From positions 481,781 to 513,903 of the forward strand of contig NC_068981.1 in NCBI RefSeq assembly GCF_001194135.2: a stretch of DNA of 32,123 nt, in the 5' to 3' direction. This stretch comes from Octopus bimaculoides. Taxonomy: Eukaryota. Positions 21,705-32,080 of the stretch are shown piece by piece. Made by a program: the position numbers and the translations under genes. Position 1 is the first letter of the stretch. Each line of letters opens with the position of its first letter. The notes beneath the pieces are model-generated. The model was not told where the DNA came from, made no database searches, and worked only from the letters and a program-made list of their open reading frames with translations.

Positions 21705-22424
21705 AAAAACTTTCTGCATCATGAGCAGCTTTCTGTATTTCTCATTTCATTCATTATTCTATTTCTGTACTACAATGCTTCAAGCAAACTACAACACTCT
21801 TTTTCAAAAGGAAATGTTTCATTATGTTTATATCAAATCAGACAAATTTCTCATTTGACCAGTGAGACATTGATGATGTGACAGCTGGAGGGAAAAAGGA
21901 CTGCTCCAGCTGGTACTCATCATCAGTTGATTAGAGTGGAGTGATGCACAGATACAAACATGATGCCTGCTCTGGGAATCAAACCTACATTCTTGTGATT
22001 ATGAGCCAAAGTACCTAATCACGGGGCCACATTGCTTTTGACTGTGTAACATTATGACTTTCAATGTTACTAAAGAACAGTTTTTTAAGACAGATTTTAA
22101 AAATATTAGAAATAAACTTAGCAAAGCAAACTGCCGCATGTCTTCACATGTAGTGTCTGGAAACGATTCTGAAAAATCAGGACTATTAATATTTGAAAGA
22201 ATTCTTGAAAGCATCTGGTTCCTAATCAATAGCTGGCTGAGAAGAATCACATGATTTATCATTGATTACACAGCAATCTAACGTGATGTGCATATCTTCA
22301 TTAATTTGGTTCTTTATATTTAGCTTTTATTCCAACAAGTTTGGAAATATTTAACTTGAAGTAAAATATTTTACATTTTATAAATTGGTTATTCTAAGTG
22401 CAAACAATTTACATCATTGTCATC

Positions 22425-22773
22425 ATCATTGTTTAACATCCTGCTTTCTATGCTGGCATGGGTGGGATGGTTTGACGAGAACCAGCCAGGCAGAAGCTTG
22501 CACCAGACTTCTCTAACTATTTTGGCAGGATTTTTACAGCTGGGTACCCTTCCAAACACCAACCACCCAGCAGAGTGGACTTAGTGCTTTTTACGTGGCA
22601 CAAGAACAGGTGAGGTCAGTTTTGGTAAGGTTTTTACAACTGGATGCCCTTCCAAACACCAACCACTTTACAGTGTGGACTGGGTGCTTTTAAGTGGCAC
22701 CTGCACTGACAGGGTCACCAAGTACTTGCAAGACAAAAAAAAACTATTTTGAGAGAGGAGGGAGCATCTTATA

Positions 22774-22819
<46 letters not shown>

Positions 22820-23060
22820 TTTTTTTTATTTTTATTATTATCAACATCGTTTAGAGTTTGTTTTCCATGCTTATATGGGTTGGATGGGTTTGACAGGAGC
22901 TGGCTAACTAGAGAGATACACCATATTCCAGCTGTCTGTTCTGGCATGGTTTCAACAGCTGGATGCTCTTCCTGATGCCAACCATTTTACAGAGTGGACT
23001 GGGTGCCTTTTATATGGTACCAGCACATGTGCTATTTATGCATTGGCATGTATTGATGAT
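22425..23060 (-). mobile_element. Two diverged family B copies (22425-22735 and 22845-23060) separated by (ATT)n
   Basis: GGATGCCCTTCCAAACACCAACC-type cores. Confidence 0.7.
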
Positions 23061-23580
23061 GATCATGGGTAACTACTCAGGGTAGGCAGTTGGTGACCTT
23101 TATGTTGTAAAACACACAAAAAATAAGCGAAACACAGGGTGAGAGGCTGAATCTGGCCAGTTTGAGCATAAAACAAGTAGAATATTTGGGCTGGGTCAAC
23201 TTTGCCTTTCATCCTTTTGAGGGTCAGAAAAATAAGTATCAGTTATACACTGGGGTCAATGTAATTGACTTAGCTCCTTCCATGAGATTGCTGGCCTTTT
23301 GTCAAAATTTCAAATCATTTTATATTTTGCAGTTGTTTAAAATAGAATTCACATTATTTAGAAATATATGTTTCAAATTTAATTTCCTAAAGCACTGGAG
23401 ATTTCAATTCAAACAAAATTTGTTTTTTAAAATGTGATGAATAAAATTAAATCTTCAGCATAATAAAATAAAATAAAATAAAATATCCCTAGAGCTGGTT
23501 TACAGTTTTCCATTTGTTTTTGCATACTGATGAAGTCATTATTTATTCATTCATTTGTAAATTTTTTCTCATTTCTCAAG

Positions 23581-23702
23581 AAACACCTGAGGTTAGTTCA
23601 TCTCTAAGTAGTGAAAGCAAAACCTACCTGTGTGTATCTTGTTTGTCCCTCATGGTTCATTTGCCACTTGCTAATTCTCCTGAAGATCAGAGTAAGAGAA
23701 GG
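23581..23702 (+). CDS. Internal exon C (phase 1 to 0): (K)TPEVSSSLSSESKTYLCVSCLSLMVHLPLANSPEDQSKRR
   Basis: Acceptor ttttttctcatttctcaag| and donor AGG|gtaagt. Only the phase-1 frame is open, as exon B requires. Confidence 0.75.
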
Positions 23703-23826
23703 GTAAGTACGACATGAAAACACTGTATTGCTCTTAACGATTATTAATTTTATAAGGATTGTTGATAATAAAAACAGCAGAGCTACTAACAAAATTCTCA
23801 GAAGTACACACACACACACACGCACG

Positions 23827-23872
<46 letters not shown>

Positions 23873-23876
<4 letters not shown>

Positions 23877-24294
23877 ATCATCATCATCATCGTTTAACGT
23901 CCGCTTTTCATGTTAGCATGGGTTGGATGATCTGACTGAGGACTGGCGAACCAGATGTCTACACCAGGTTCCAATCTGATTTGGCAGAGTTTCTATAGCT
24001 GGATGCCCTTCCTAACGCCAACCACTCTGAGAGTGTAGTGGGTGCTTTTACGTGCTACCGGCACGAAGGCCAGTCAGGCGGTACTGGCAACGGCCATGCT
24101 CAGAATAGTGTATTTTACGTGCCATCTGCACAGGAGCCAGTCAAGTGGCACTGGCAATGACCTTGCTCGAATGTTTTTTCATGTGCCACCGGCATAAGTG
24201 CCAGGAAAGCGATGCTGGTAACGATCACGCTCAAATGGTGCTATTTATGTGCCACTGGCATGGAAGCCAGACAGCTGCTCTGGCAATGATCACG

Positions 24295-24296
<2 letters not shown>
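23873..24296 (-). mobile_element. Family B, long young copy
   Basis: Near-identical to the reverse complement of 7388-7851. Confidence 0.85.
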
Positions 24297-24334
<38 letters not shown>

Positions 24335-24339
24335 TCCAA

Positions 24340-24560
24340 TCTAGTGATCATAAGTTCAATTCCCGGACTGAATGGCACATTGTAATCTTCAGCAAAACAC
24401 TTTATTTCATGTTGCTCCACTGAGTGACCCTGCAACAGAATAGCCTTCTGATCAGGGGAGATGTTGGCCTGCTCACTTTGCCAGCAGTGTGGCATCATTT
24501 GAAAACTAAAGAAACAACACAAAGTGCATTGTGATCAGTGATATATAACATCTGATAGTC
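24340..24560 (+). mobile_element. Partial family D-like SINE
   Basis: GTTCAATTCCCGG B box, followed by CAGCAAAACACTTTATTTCATGTTGCTCCA. Confidence 0.5.
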
Positions 24561-24565
24561 TAGTC

Positions 24566-24680
24566 CAGTGGTTCCCAAAGTGGGCAATACTGTCCCCTTG
24601 GGGGCAGTGGAAAGATCCAGTGGGGTATTGAAGAAAAGTGGGATGATAATGGGGTGCCCCAAAAAGGGTGGTAGATGTAA
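24566..24680 (+). mobile_element. Left end of a hAT/Charlie-like MITE (truncated)
   Basis: CAGTGGTTCCCAAAGTGGG terminus preceded by GTCTAGTC, which resembles the NTCTAGAN target preference. No right end was found. Confidence 0.55.
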
Positions 24681-24734
24681 AAAAAAAAAGAAAAAAATAT
24701 TAATTGGTTAATTAGGTTTAAGTTTTATTTGTGT

Positions 24735-25136
24735 AGGCGCAGGAGTGGCTGTGTGGTAAGTAGCTTGCTTACCAACCACATGGTTCCGGGTTCAGTCCCA
24801 CTGCGTGACACCTTGGCAAGTGTCTTCTACTATAGCCTCGGGCCGATCAAAGCCTTATGAGCAGATTTGGTAGACAGAAACTGAAAGAAGCCTGTTGTAT
24901 ACATGTATATGTATATATACGTGTGTGTGTGTCTGTGTTTGCCCCCACCCCCCCTACATCGCTTGACAACCGATGCTGGTGTGTTTACGTCTCCGTAACT
25001 TAGCGGTTCGGAAAAAAAGAGACCAATAGAATAAGTACTAGGCTTACAAAGACTAAGCCCTGGGGTCGATTTGCTTGACTAAAGGCGGTGCTCTAGCATG
25101 GCCGCAGTCACATGACTGAAACAAGTAAAAGAGTAA
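24735..25136 (+). mobile_element. SINE family A, full young copy
   Basis: GGCGCAGGAGTGGCTGTGTGG head through an AAAAGAGTA tail. Confidence 0.9.
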
Positions 25137-25461
25137 ATACCTGGAACCATGTGGTCGGGAAGTAAGCTTCATACCACACAACCACGTGTCTTCTCATTTT
25201 GACATCATATGATTGTTGTAAATAAAGGCCATACATCTCCAATATTCTATCAAAACCTGTCTTGCTTGGAAACAGGCAGTTGTTGGCAACAGCAAGAGCA
25301 CCCCACTGTAGAAAATCTGCCTAAAAAAAACTGGAAAAGTGGACATCAACATCAAAAGGACGCTGATATTTATATAATCATGTACACCCATCCTTCAAAC
25401 TTTTCATCTTGTGTTTATGTTAGACATCAGAACCATTAATTTTATTCTATATTTACTCCAG

Positions 25462-25569
25462 CTGGCCATGGACCTTGCAGAATTAATGGTTACTGAAAAC
25501 CATCAGACTGTGACAGATCACTTCCTGAATTTGATCTCCTCCCCTCCCATCAGTGGAAATGTTCTCACT
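25462..25569 (+). CDS. Internal exon D (phase 0 to 0): LAMDLAELMVTENHQTVTDHFLNLISSPPISGNVLT
   Basis: Acceptor ttttattctatatttactccag| and donor ACT|gtaagt. 108 nt, in frame with exon C. Confidence 0.75.
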
Positions 25570-25671
25570 GTAAGTATTAATCTTCATCCATGTTTCTCCT
25601 CTTCAGTTTTGATAAATAATACTCTGCCATCAGCTCCAGAAAGATTTTGGTTATATATTTTCTTTTGGTGC

Positions 25672-25839
25672 AAGCATGGCTGTGTGGGTAACGGTCTTGC
25701 ACTGCAATCATGTGGTTTTGGGTTCAGTCCTACTTCACAGTACCTTGAGTAAGTACTTTCTACTATAACCCACTGCTGACCAATTCCTTGTGAATGAATT
25801 TGGTAGATAGAAACTATGTGGAAGCTTGTCATATATTCA

Positions 25840-25904
<65 letters not shown>

Positions 25905-25999
25905 CTTTGTTTCACAACTGGTGTGGGTTTGTTTACATTCCCATAACTTAGTGGTTCAACAAAAGAGTCCAATAGAATAGGATAAGTGCCAGACTTTAA
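25672..25999 (+). mobile_element. Diverged family A copy running into a gap
   Basis: Homology and an internal (TG)n. Confidence 0.7.
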
Positions 26000-26349
26000 N
26001 NNNNNNNNNNNNNNNNNNNNNNNNNNNNNNNNNNNNNNNNNNNNNNNNNNNNNNNNNNNNNNNNNNNNNNNNNNNNNNNNNNNNNNNNNNNNNNNNNNNN
26101 NNNNNNNNNNNNNNNNNNNNNNNNNNNNNNNNNNNNNNNNNNNNNNNNNNNNNNNNNNNNNNNNNNNNNNNNNNNNNNNNNNNNNNNNNNNNNNNNNNNN
26201 NNNNNNNNNNNNNNNNNNNNNNNNNNNNNNNNNNNNNNNNNNNNNNNNNNNNNNNNNNNNNNNNNNNNNNNNNNNNNNNNNNNNNNNNNNNNNNNNNNNN
26301 NNNNNNNNNNNNNNNNNNNNNNNNNNNNNNNNNNNNNNNNNNNNNNNNN
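26000..26349. other. Assembly gap (350 N)
   Basis: N run. Confidence 1.
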
Positions 26350-26607
26350 GGCAAGGGGGCTGAGTTCCTTTTGAGTGTCGGGTCTCATGGAGGCAAGGGG
26401 GCTGAGTTCCTTTTGAGTGTTGGGCCTCATGGAGGCAAGGGAGCTGAGTTCCTTTCGAGTGTCAGGCCTCATGGAGGCAAGGGGGCTGAGTTCCTTTCGA
26501 GTGTCAGGCCTCATGGAGGCAAGGGGGCTGAGTTCCTTTCGAGTGTCGGGCCTCATGGAGGCAAGAGGACTGATTTCCTTTTGAGTGTTGGGCCTCATGA
26601 AGGCAAT
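26350..26607. repeat. 42-bp minisatellite, six visible copies (GGCAAGGGGGCTGAGTTCCTTTCGAGTGTCGGGCCTCATGGA), forming the 5' part of a family B copy that ends at ~26917
   Basis: Direct unit count. Downstream sequence aligns with 30130-30455. Confidence 0.9.
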
Positions 26608-27249
26608 GACCTAGACCTTTAGCATTATGTCGTGCTTGAGAAGAAGACCTATCAAGCCAAGCAAAATTGCAGTTGTGGCAGATAGTGGTGTCATGCAAAT
26701 TGGTACCTGTGCCACTGGCATATAAAAGCACCCTGGTGTCACGTAAATGGCACCTGTGCCACTGGCACATAAAAACACCCATTACACTCTCAAAGTGGTT
26801 GGCATTAGGAAGGGCACCCAGCCATTGAAAACCATGGTGAAGCCTTCCAGCGTGCCAGCCCAGTCAAACTGTCTAACCCATGCCAGCATGGACAACAGAT
26901 GTTAAATGATGATGATGGCCTTCATGTATAGAATGCAAATAATGATTTTTTACATGGTTCACTTTTTCTTAGTAAAACATCTCAGAATAAATAAAATATC
27001 AGCTGGAACTGATATTTTGTAGAACTCATCTCTCTGAAGAGAATTATTGATGTCTTTCTAAAAATACAAAGCATCATTTCATCTCTGTAGGTGTTCTATG
27101 TATACATAAACATGTTCCTATAATTCCAAATTTAGTTCTTATCCTTTATCTGCCCACTTTTATTTTATGTATCTATGACACAAGGGAACACAATCCTATC
27201 TCCTGTACATCGATTCCTCCTCTTGACCATGAGTGACATGTAACTAAAG

Positions 27250-27520
27250 CCTTTGCAATCACTTCAAATACTGGTGTTTTATAACCATTTAAAATCTCTT
27301 CAGGTGAACGTACATTCGCAACAAAGCGAAGTTTATGTCTCAAAGACTGAATTTCCTTGTCAAGGACCAGAAAACACTTCATCCTGCAATAGTTACTATC
27401 TCCAAAACACTGGAATCTCAGATGAGGTTCTGCTCCAAAATCCAGGATGCTACTGCTGCTGTGTTGTGCTGATATACTTAAGACCGTATCCAGCGAAAGG
27501 CATCTGTCTGACCTGAAGGC
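27250..27520 (+). mobile_element. Decayed CR1/Jockey-group LINE reverse-transcriptase C-terminal fragment
   Basis: Frame from 27308 reads TYIRNKAKFMSQRLNFL...TISKTLESQMRFCSKI...*DRIQRKA. This resembles the YIxxxAKxASQKLxFL...YK...MEYCSxIW...LDRIQxKA motif. Confidence 0.55.
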
Positions 27521-27543
27521 ACTTACGAATACAAACAGTGAAC

Positions 27544-28071
27544 ATGTGTGGCTTAATGGTTAGGGTGTTCAGTTCATGGTGGTGTATTGTGTCCTTGAGC
27601 AAGACACTTTATTTCACATTGCTCCAGTCCACTCAGCTAGCAAAAATGAGTCATACCTAGATTTCAAAGTTCCAGCCTTATCACATTCTGTATCAGGCTG
27701 AATCTCCTTACGAACAACGTTAAGGGTCTTCGTTAAGGCGGCGAGCTGGCAGAATCGTTAGCACTCTGGTATTTCATCTGCTGTTACATTCTGAGTTCAA
27801 ATTCTGTCAAGGTCGACTTTGCCTTTCATCCTTTTGGGGTCAATAAATTAAGTACCAGTTACGCACTGGGGTTGATATAATCGACTTAATCCCTTTGTCT
27901 GTCCTTGTTTGTCCTCTCTATGTTAAGCCCCTTGTGGGCAATAAAGAAACAAACGTTAAGGGTATATGTTGTTTGGTGAGTGCACAGCTACATGCACATT
28001 AATTTCATGAGAGGGCTGTTCCATTTGACCAGATCAACTAGAACCCTTGTTGTCATAACTGATGGAGTGCC
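27544..28071 (+). mobile_element. Family D SINE interrupted by a family C SINE (27728-27951) with 12-bp TSD AACGTTAAGGGT
   Basis: TSD at 27716-27727 and 27952-27963. Confidence 0.85.
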
Positions 28072-28229
28072 AGTTTTTTGCTAATATACACCAATCTGCA
28101 TTCCCCAGTCATGCTCTCTCCTCTCACTGCTACCACAAAAGTCAGTGTCACTTGCAGACAGCTAGTCTCATACCAATTCCTTTGAAGCACTTTTGACTCA
28201 TTTATCTCCCCTTCTCTCATTACCCATAT

Positions 28230-28630
28230 TGTGTCCAACTCATCAGGCTTTACACTAACTAATATGTCCGGGCCTTCCTTCTCAGACTGTTTGACCATGT
28301 TGTTCGACTTTCTAACTTAAACCCCGCTTACCATGTCCCCTTCACTGAGGATCTGGCAGGGTCGATAACTCTCGTTGGTTGACCACATGCCACTTGGTCA
28401 TGGCAGATGAAGATGTATCTTGCAGAGATGGGAACTGGCTGGGACTCTGCTTGATGGGTTGTCTGGGAAGACCTTGGAATATACTGACAAATGGTAAAGG
28501 CAGCAATGTGCTGTTTTTTCTCTGAATAGCAACTCTCTGGAATTTCCTTGTACATGTCTTTCTTGCTGTTGTCATTTTGCAACAGTTTATGCAGAGCATT
28601 AACAGAATCAATCTTATTAGTCTTAAGAAG
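28230..28630 (-). pseudogene. Possible decayed Academ-like (XPG/PIN-domain) transposase C-terminal fragment
   Basis: Frameshifted pieces ALHKLLQND..IAAFT.CQYIPRSS..AESQ..CK...W...PDPQ.GHG loosely match a recalled motif AFTC.LY...ESHQLPPC...W...PSP.GHGW. Confidence 0.3.
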
Positions 28631-28751
28631 CCAACAAAACCCATGGACTCGTGACAGATGTTGGGGCTTTCTTGTTTCTATCTGAGATGTATTGTTTTTT
28701 TTTTTTTTTTACACACAACACATCTAGAATAGATTTTCTCTCAAATGAAAA

Positions 28752-28960
28752 CCACTTGTCCTGGTGCCATATATAAAGAACCGGTACTGGAGCCATATGA
28801 AAAATGCCCCCAGTACACTCTGTAAAGTGGCTGACATTTTGGCTGTAGAAACCTTGCCAAAACAGAAAATGAAACCTGGTGTGACTCCTGGCCTCGCCAT
28901 CACCTGTCAAAACATCCAACCCATTCTAGCATGGAAAATAGGCATTAAATGATGATGAAG
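28752..28960 (+). mobile_element. Diverged family B copy
   Basis: CCAACCCATTCTAGCATGGAAAATAGGCATTAAATGATGATG. Confidence 0.7.
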
Positions 28961-29227
28961 ATTGGCCATTTTGATTTAATGCTATTTCAGTTGCATACTC
29001 TGAATTTTTATTCAACCTGGCAACTATTTGCAATATCAGTGAATATATCATTCATTGTATTTTTTTTTAATATGTCACAGGTAATGGATCTTGTCTATGC
29101 ACAATGATGCAAGTATTCATCATTGACAAGATCCAAGAAGGCTGAAATGCATCTGGTGTTCTCCCTAACCATTGTTGAGATGATCTTTCATCACCCTCTG
29201 ATACACATTGTGCTTTTTTTAACACAG

Positions 29228-29298
29228 CACGTCTATAAGAGATTTTATCTCGGATGAAAACAATACCATCTTGCCTGTTAGTGGTTTATATACATTAA
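29228..29298 (+). CDS. Weak candidate exon (phase 2 to 1): TSIRDFISDENNTILPVSGLYTL
   Basis: Acceptor gctttttttaacacag| and donor TTAA|gtatga, with one open frame. It is not phase-compatible with exon D unless an unseen exon lies between. Confidence 0.25.
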
Positions 29299-29319
29299 GT
29301 ATGATACGTAGGGTGGATG

Positions 29320-29530
29320 TACATGGCTTAGAGGTTAGGGTTTTGCACGCATGATTGTAAGATTGTGGTTTTGGTATTGGAATTGGGTGTTGTGTTCTTG
29401 AGCAAAATACTTTATTTCACTCAGATGACAAAAATAGTAATCCTGAAATGGACCAGCATCCCACCCAGGGAAGGCTACTTATGCAACATCATCATCATCA
29501 TCGTTTAACGTCCGCTTTCCATGCTGGCAT
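29320..29530. mobile_element. Partial family D head (+) followed by a short family B tail (-)
   Basis: GTGTTCTTGAGCAAAATACTTTATTTCAC, then CATCATCGTTTAACGTCCGCTTTCCATGC. Confidence 0.55.
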
Positions 29531-30129
29531 TTCTCTAGTTTTTCTACCCTATATATATTTTCTTAATATGATTTTCGTAATTTTGAAGAGAGTCAGCACA
29601 TATAGTCCTATTTGCTGCCAGCTATAACTGCACTTGCACGGTGGATTCAAAATATTTTAATCTATAAAGATGAAACATGCTGTCTATTTGTCCCATAATT
29701 ATACATTAATTATAGTGCCCTTGCTGATGAAAAACATGGATAGCAAATTATTTTATTTGTTCATTGATGTTCGAAACCTAGGTACAAGTGGTAACTATTG
29801 AAAGTGTTTTTATTTTTCGTCCCCTTTGAAATTACTCTTAACCATGATTTGGGCTTTGACTGCTCCTTTTAGCATGTAAGGTGTCCTGTTAGGGTCACCT
29901 CTTTTGTGTATAAATGTACACTAATTTTATATATATATGTGTGTGTGTGTATATATTTATCTCTCATGTATTTACATATTTCTCATTCGATGATGTCCTG
30001 TACTTGATGTATTTTATTTATATATACACATGCACACACGCACACACACATACATATGCATATTGATTCCTGTTTATATATATATAGACCTAGGAAGACA
30101 TGGGAAAATGTAGACAAGGGATGAGGTGA

Positions 30130-30455
30130 TGAAGCATGGTCTTTGAACAATGGGTCTCACAGAAGCAATGACAAGTGATCAAGACCTTTGGCAATTTGCT
30201 GTGCTCGAGAAGACTTCTCAGATTAAGTGAAATTGTAGTCGTGACTGGTCCTGGTGGCACATAGAAAGCACCCATACCAGTGACACATAAAAGGCACCCC
30301 ACTACACTCTTGAAGTGGTTGGCATAAGGAAGGGCATCCAGCTGTAGAAACCATACCAAATCAGATTGGAACCTGGTGCAGCTCTCCAGCTTACCAGTTG
30401 CAGTCAAACCAGCCAACCCATACCAGCATGGAGAGTGAATGTTAAATGATGGCAA
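30130..30455 (+). mobile_element. Family B copy with extended 5' region
   Basis: Homologous to 26600-26917. Confidence 0.75.
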
Positions 30456-31400
30456 TGGTGTTGTTTATACTTTAGTTTTAATGGCTGCTAACATTGATAA
30501 TTAAGTATTGTTATTATTATTGAATATTTTCTATAATAAAATATCCATTGTCATAATTCCATAATGATAAAAATTGTCAATTATTCAAATGGCTTTGTAT
30601 TCTCCATTGTTGTATGTGACAACCTCGCCCACCCCCAGCTGTGCATATGTGCTGCAGCTGCTCATAGAAGGAAGTTGGCTTACTGCCAATATTCCGGTTT
30701 ATTGTTATTTGTGACTCTTGAGTGATAATTATGGTAACACTTTCTAAAAGTCCAAATATTTATTCTTTCGTTATAAATAATTTCATGAAGTAAAATTAAT
30801 CATTTGTATCTAATTGTATAATTATTTTCTGCAGGAAAACATTGTAAACACTTGCTCAGAATATGATGGTTTTAAATCAATTTTCTATTTTAAGAAGATA
30901 ATTTGATAAAGTCTACATAAAGAGTAAATATTCATATTTGCATTGATTTATAAGATGATAACATATGGCAATTAAACAACATTGATCTCTGTTGTTGATC
31001 CTTTCATTAATTTTAGATCCAGTAAATTAATCTTTGCTCTTTCCTTTCTTTGGTCTATTGAATCTCATCTATGCGAATCAAACCCTTACTTTAATTTCAA
31101 TCTTGTCCTATACAATACTTCTGAAGTTTATTATTGATGTGCTATACAGTACAGAGTAAACCATGTATATGATTGTCTTCTCTCCATGAAGAAATTGTAT
31201 ATATATCTAGCCACTTCAATTAAGGACCTCACTAAACTGGAAAATCCAATTTGCATAAATAACATGCTGCTGGCAGTTAGGTCAGTTAATCAGTTATTGT
31301 TATGCCAAGCAGCAAGCTATGTATAATGGAGATATACTATATGGCATATCTATTATGGTAGCACAAGTTTTAGCTGTTGCTGTATGTGTACATGAGTTGG

Positions 31401-31778
31401 TTGGCACTCTGTCGGTTACAACGACGAGGGTTCCAGTTGATCCGATCAATGGAACAGCCTGCTCGTGAAATTAATGTCCAAGTGGCTGAGCACTCCACAG
31501 ACACATGTACCCTTACCATAGTTCTCAGGGAGATTCAGCGTGACACAGAGTGTGACAAGGCTGGCTGTTTTAAATACAGGTACAACAGAAACAGTAAGAG
31601 CGAGGGAAAGTTATGGTGAAAGAGTACAGCAGGGTTCGCTCCCCCCACTGCCGGAGCCTCGTGGAACTTTAGGTGTTTTCGCTCAATAAACACTCACAAT
31701 GCCCAGTCTGGGAATCGAAACCGTGATCCTATGATCGCGGATCCGCTGCCCTAACCACTGGGCCATTGCGCCTCCACA
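31401..31778 (-). mobile_element. SINE variant D2: tRNA head and different central domain, with the family D 3' tail
   Basis: Head GGCGCAATGGCCCAGTGGTTAGGGC...GGTTTCGATTCCC. The tail matches 14471-14650 and 27660-28071. Confidence 0.75.
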
Positions 31779-31832
31779 TGTGTAGATGAATATACTGGGT
31801 ATATGGGGATAAATGTTTATATTACTTTGGAA

Positions 31833-31916
31833 ATACAAAACTGGAATGATGCGGAGAAGATTAGCATGGCCCCAACATGAAGATGACATGCAAGTTCATG
31901 AAGCATTCTGTATTTT
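31833..31916 (+). pseudogene. U6: U6 snRNA pseudogene (decayed, 5' stem lost or degraded)
   Basis: ATACAAAACTGGAATGATGCGGAGAAGATTAGCATGGCCCC...GATGACATGCAAGTTCATGAAGCATTCTGTATTTT is collinear with canonical U6. The ACAGAGA box is mutated to GCGGAGA. Confidence 0.9.
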
Positions 31917-31928
31917 AAGAAAATAGGT

Positions 31929-32080
31929 GTGGGAATAGCTGTGTGGGTTACAAGCTTCCAGGTTCATCCTCACTGCACAGCATCTTGAGCAAGTGTCTTC
32001 TGCTATAACCTCAGGCCAACCAATGCCATGTGAGTGAAATTGGTAGCTGGAAACTGTATGGAAGCCTATGTGTGTATGTA

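Noticed and set aside
26350-26607. 42-bp array as a CRISPR array or repeat-protein CDS
   Set aside because: Head-to-tail units with no unique spacers, eukaryotic context, no cas genes, and continuous with a family B element.
27173-27382. Protein-like minus ORF (KEIQSLRHKLRFVANVRSPEE...) and plus acceptor at 27303
   Set aside because: The region is better explained as a frameshifted CR1-like RT fragment on the plus strand.
30835-30906. Strong acceptor ttattttctgcag| followed by ENIVNTCSEYDGFKSIFYFKKII*
   Set aside because: All frames stop within 24 codons and there is no good donor. It could be a terminal exon, but there is no support.
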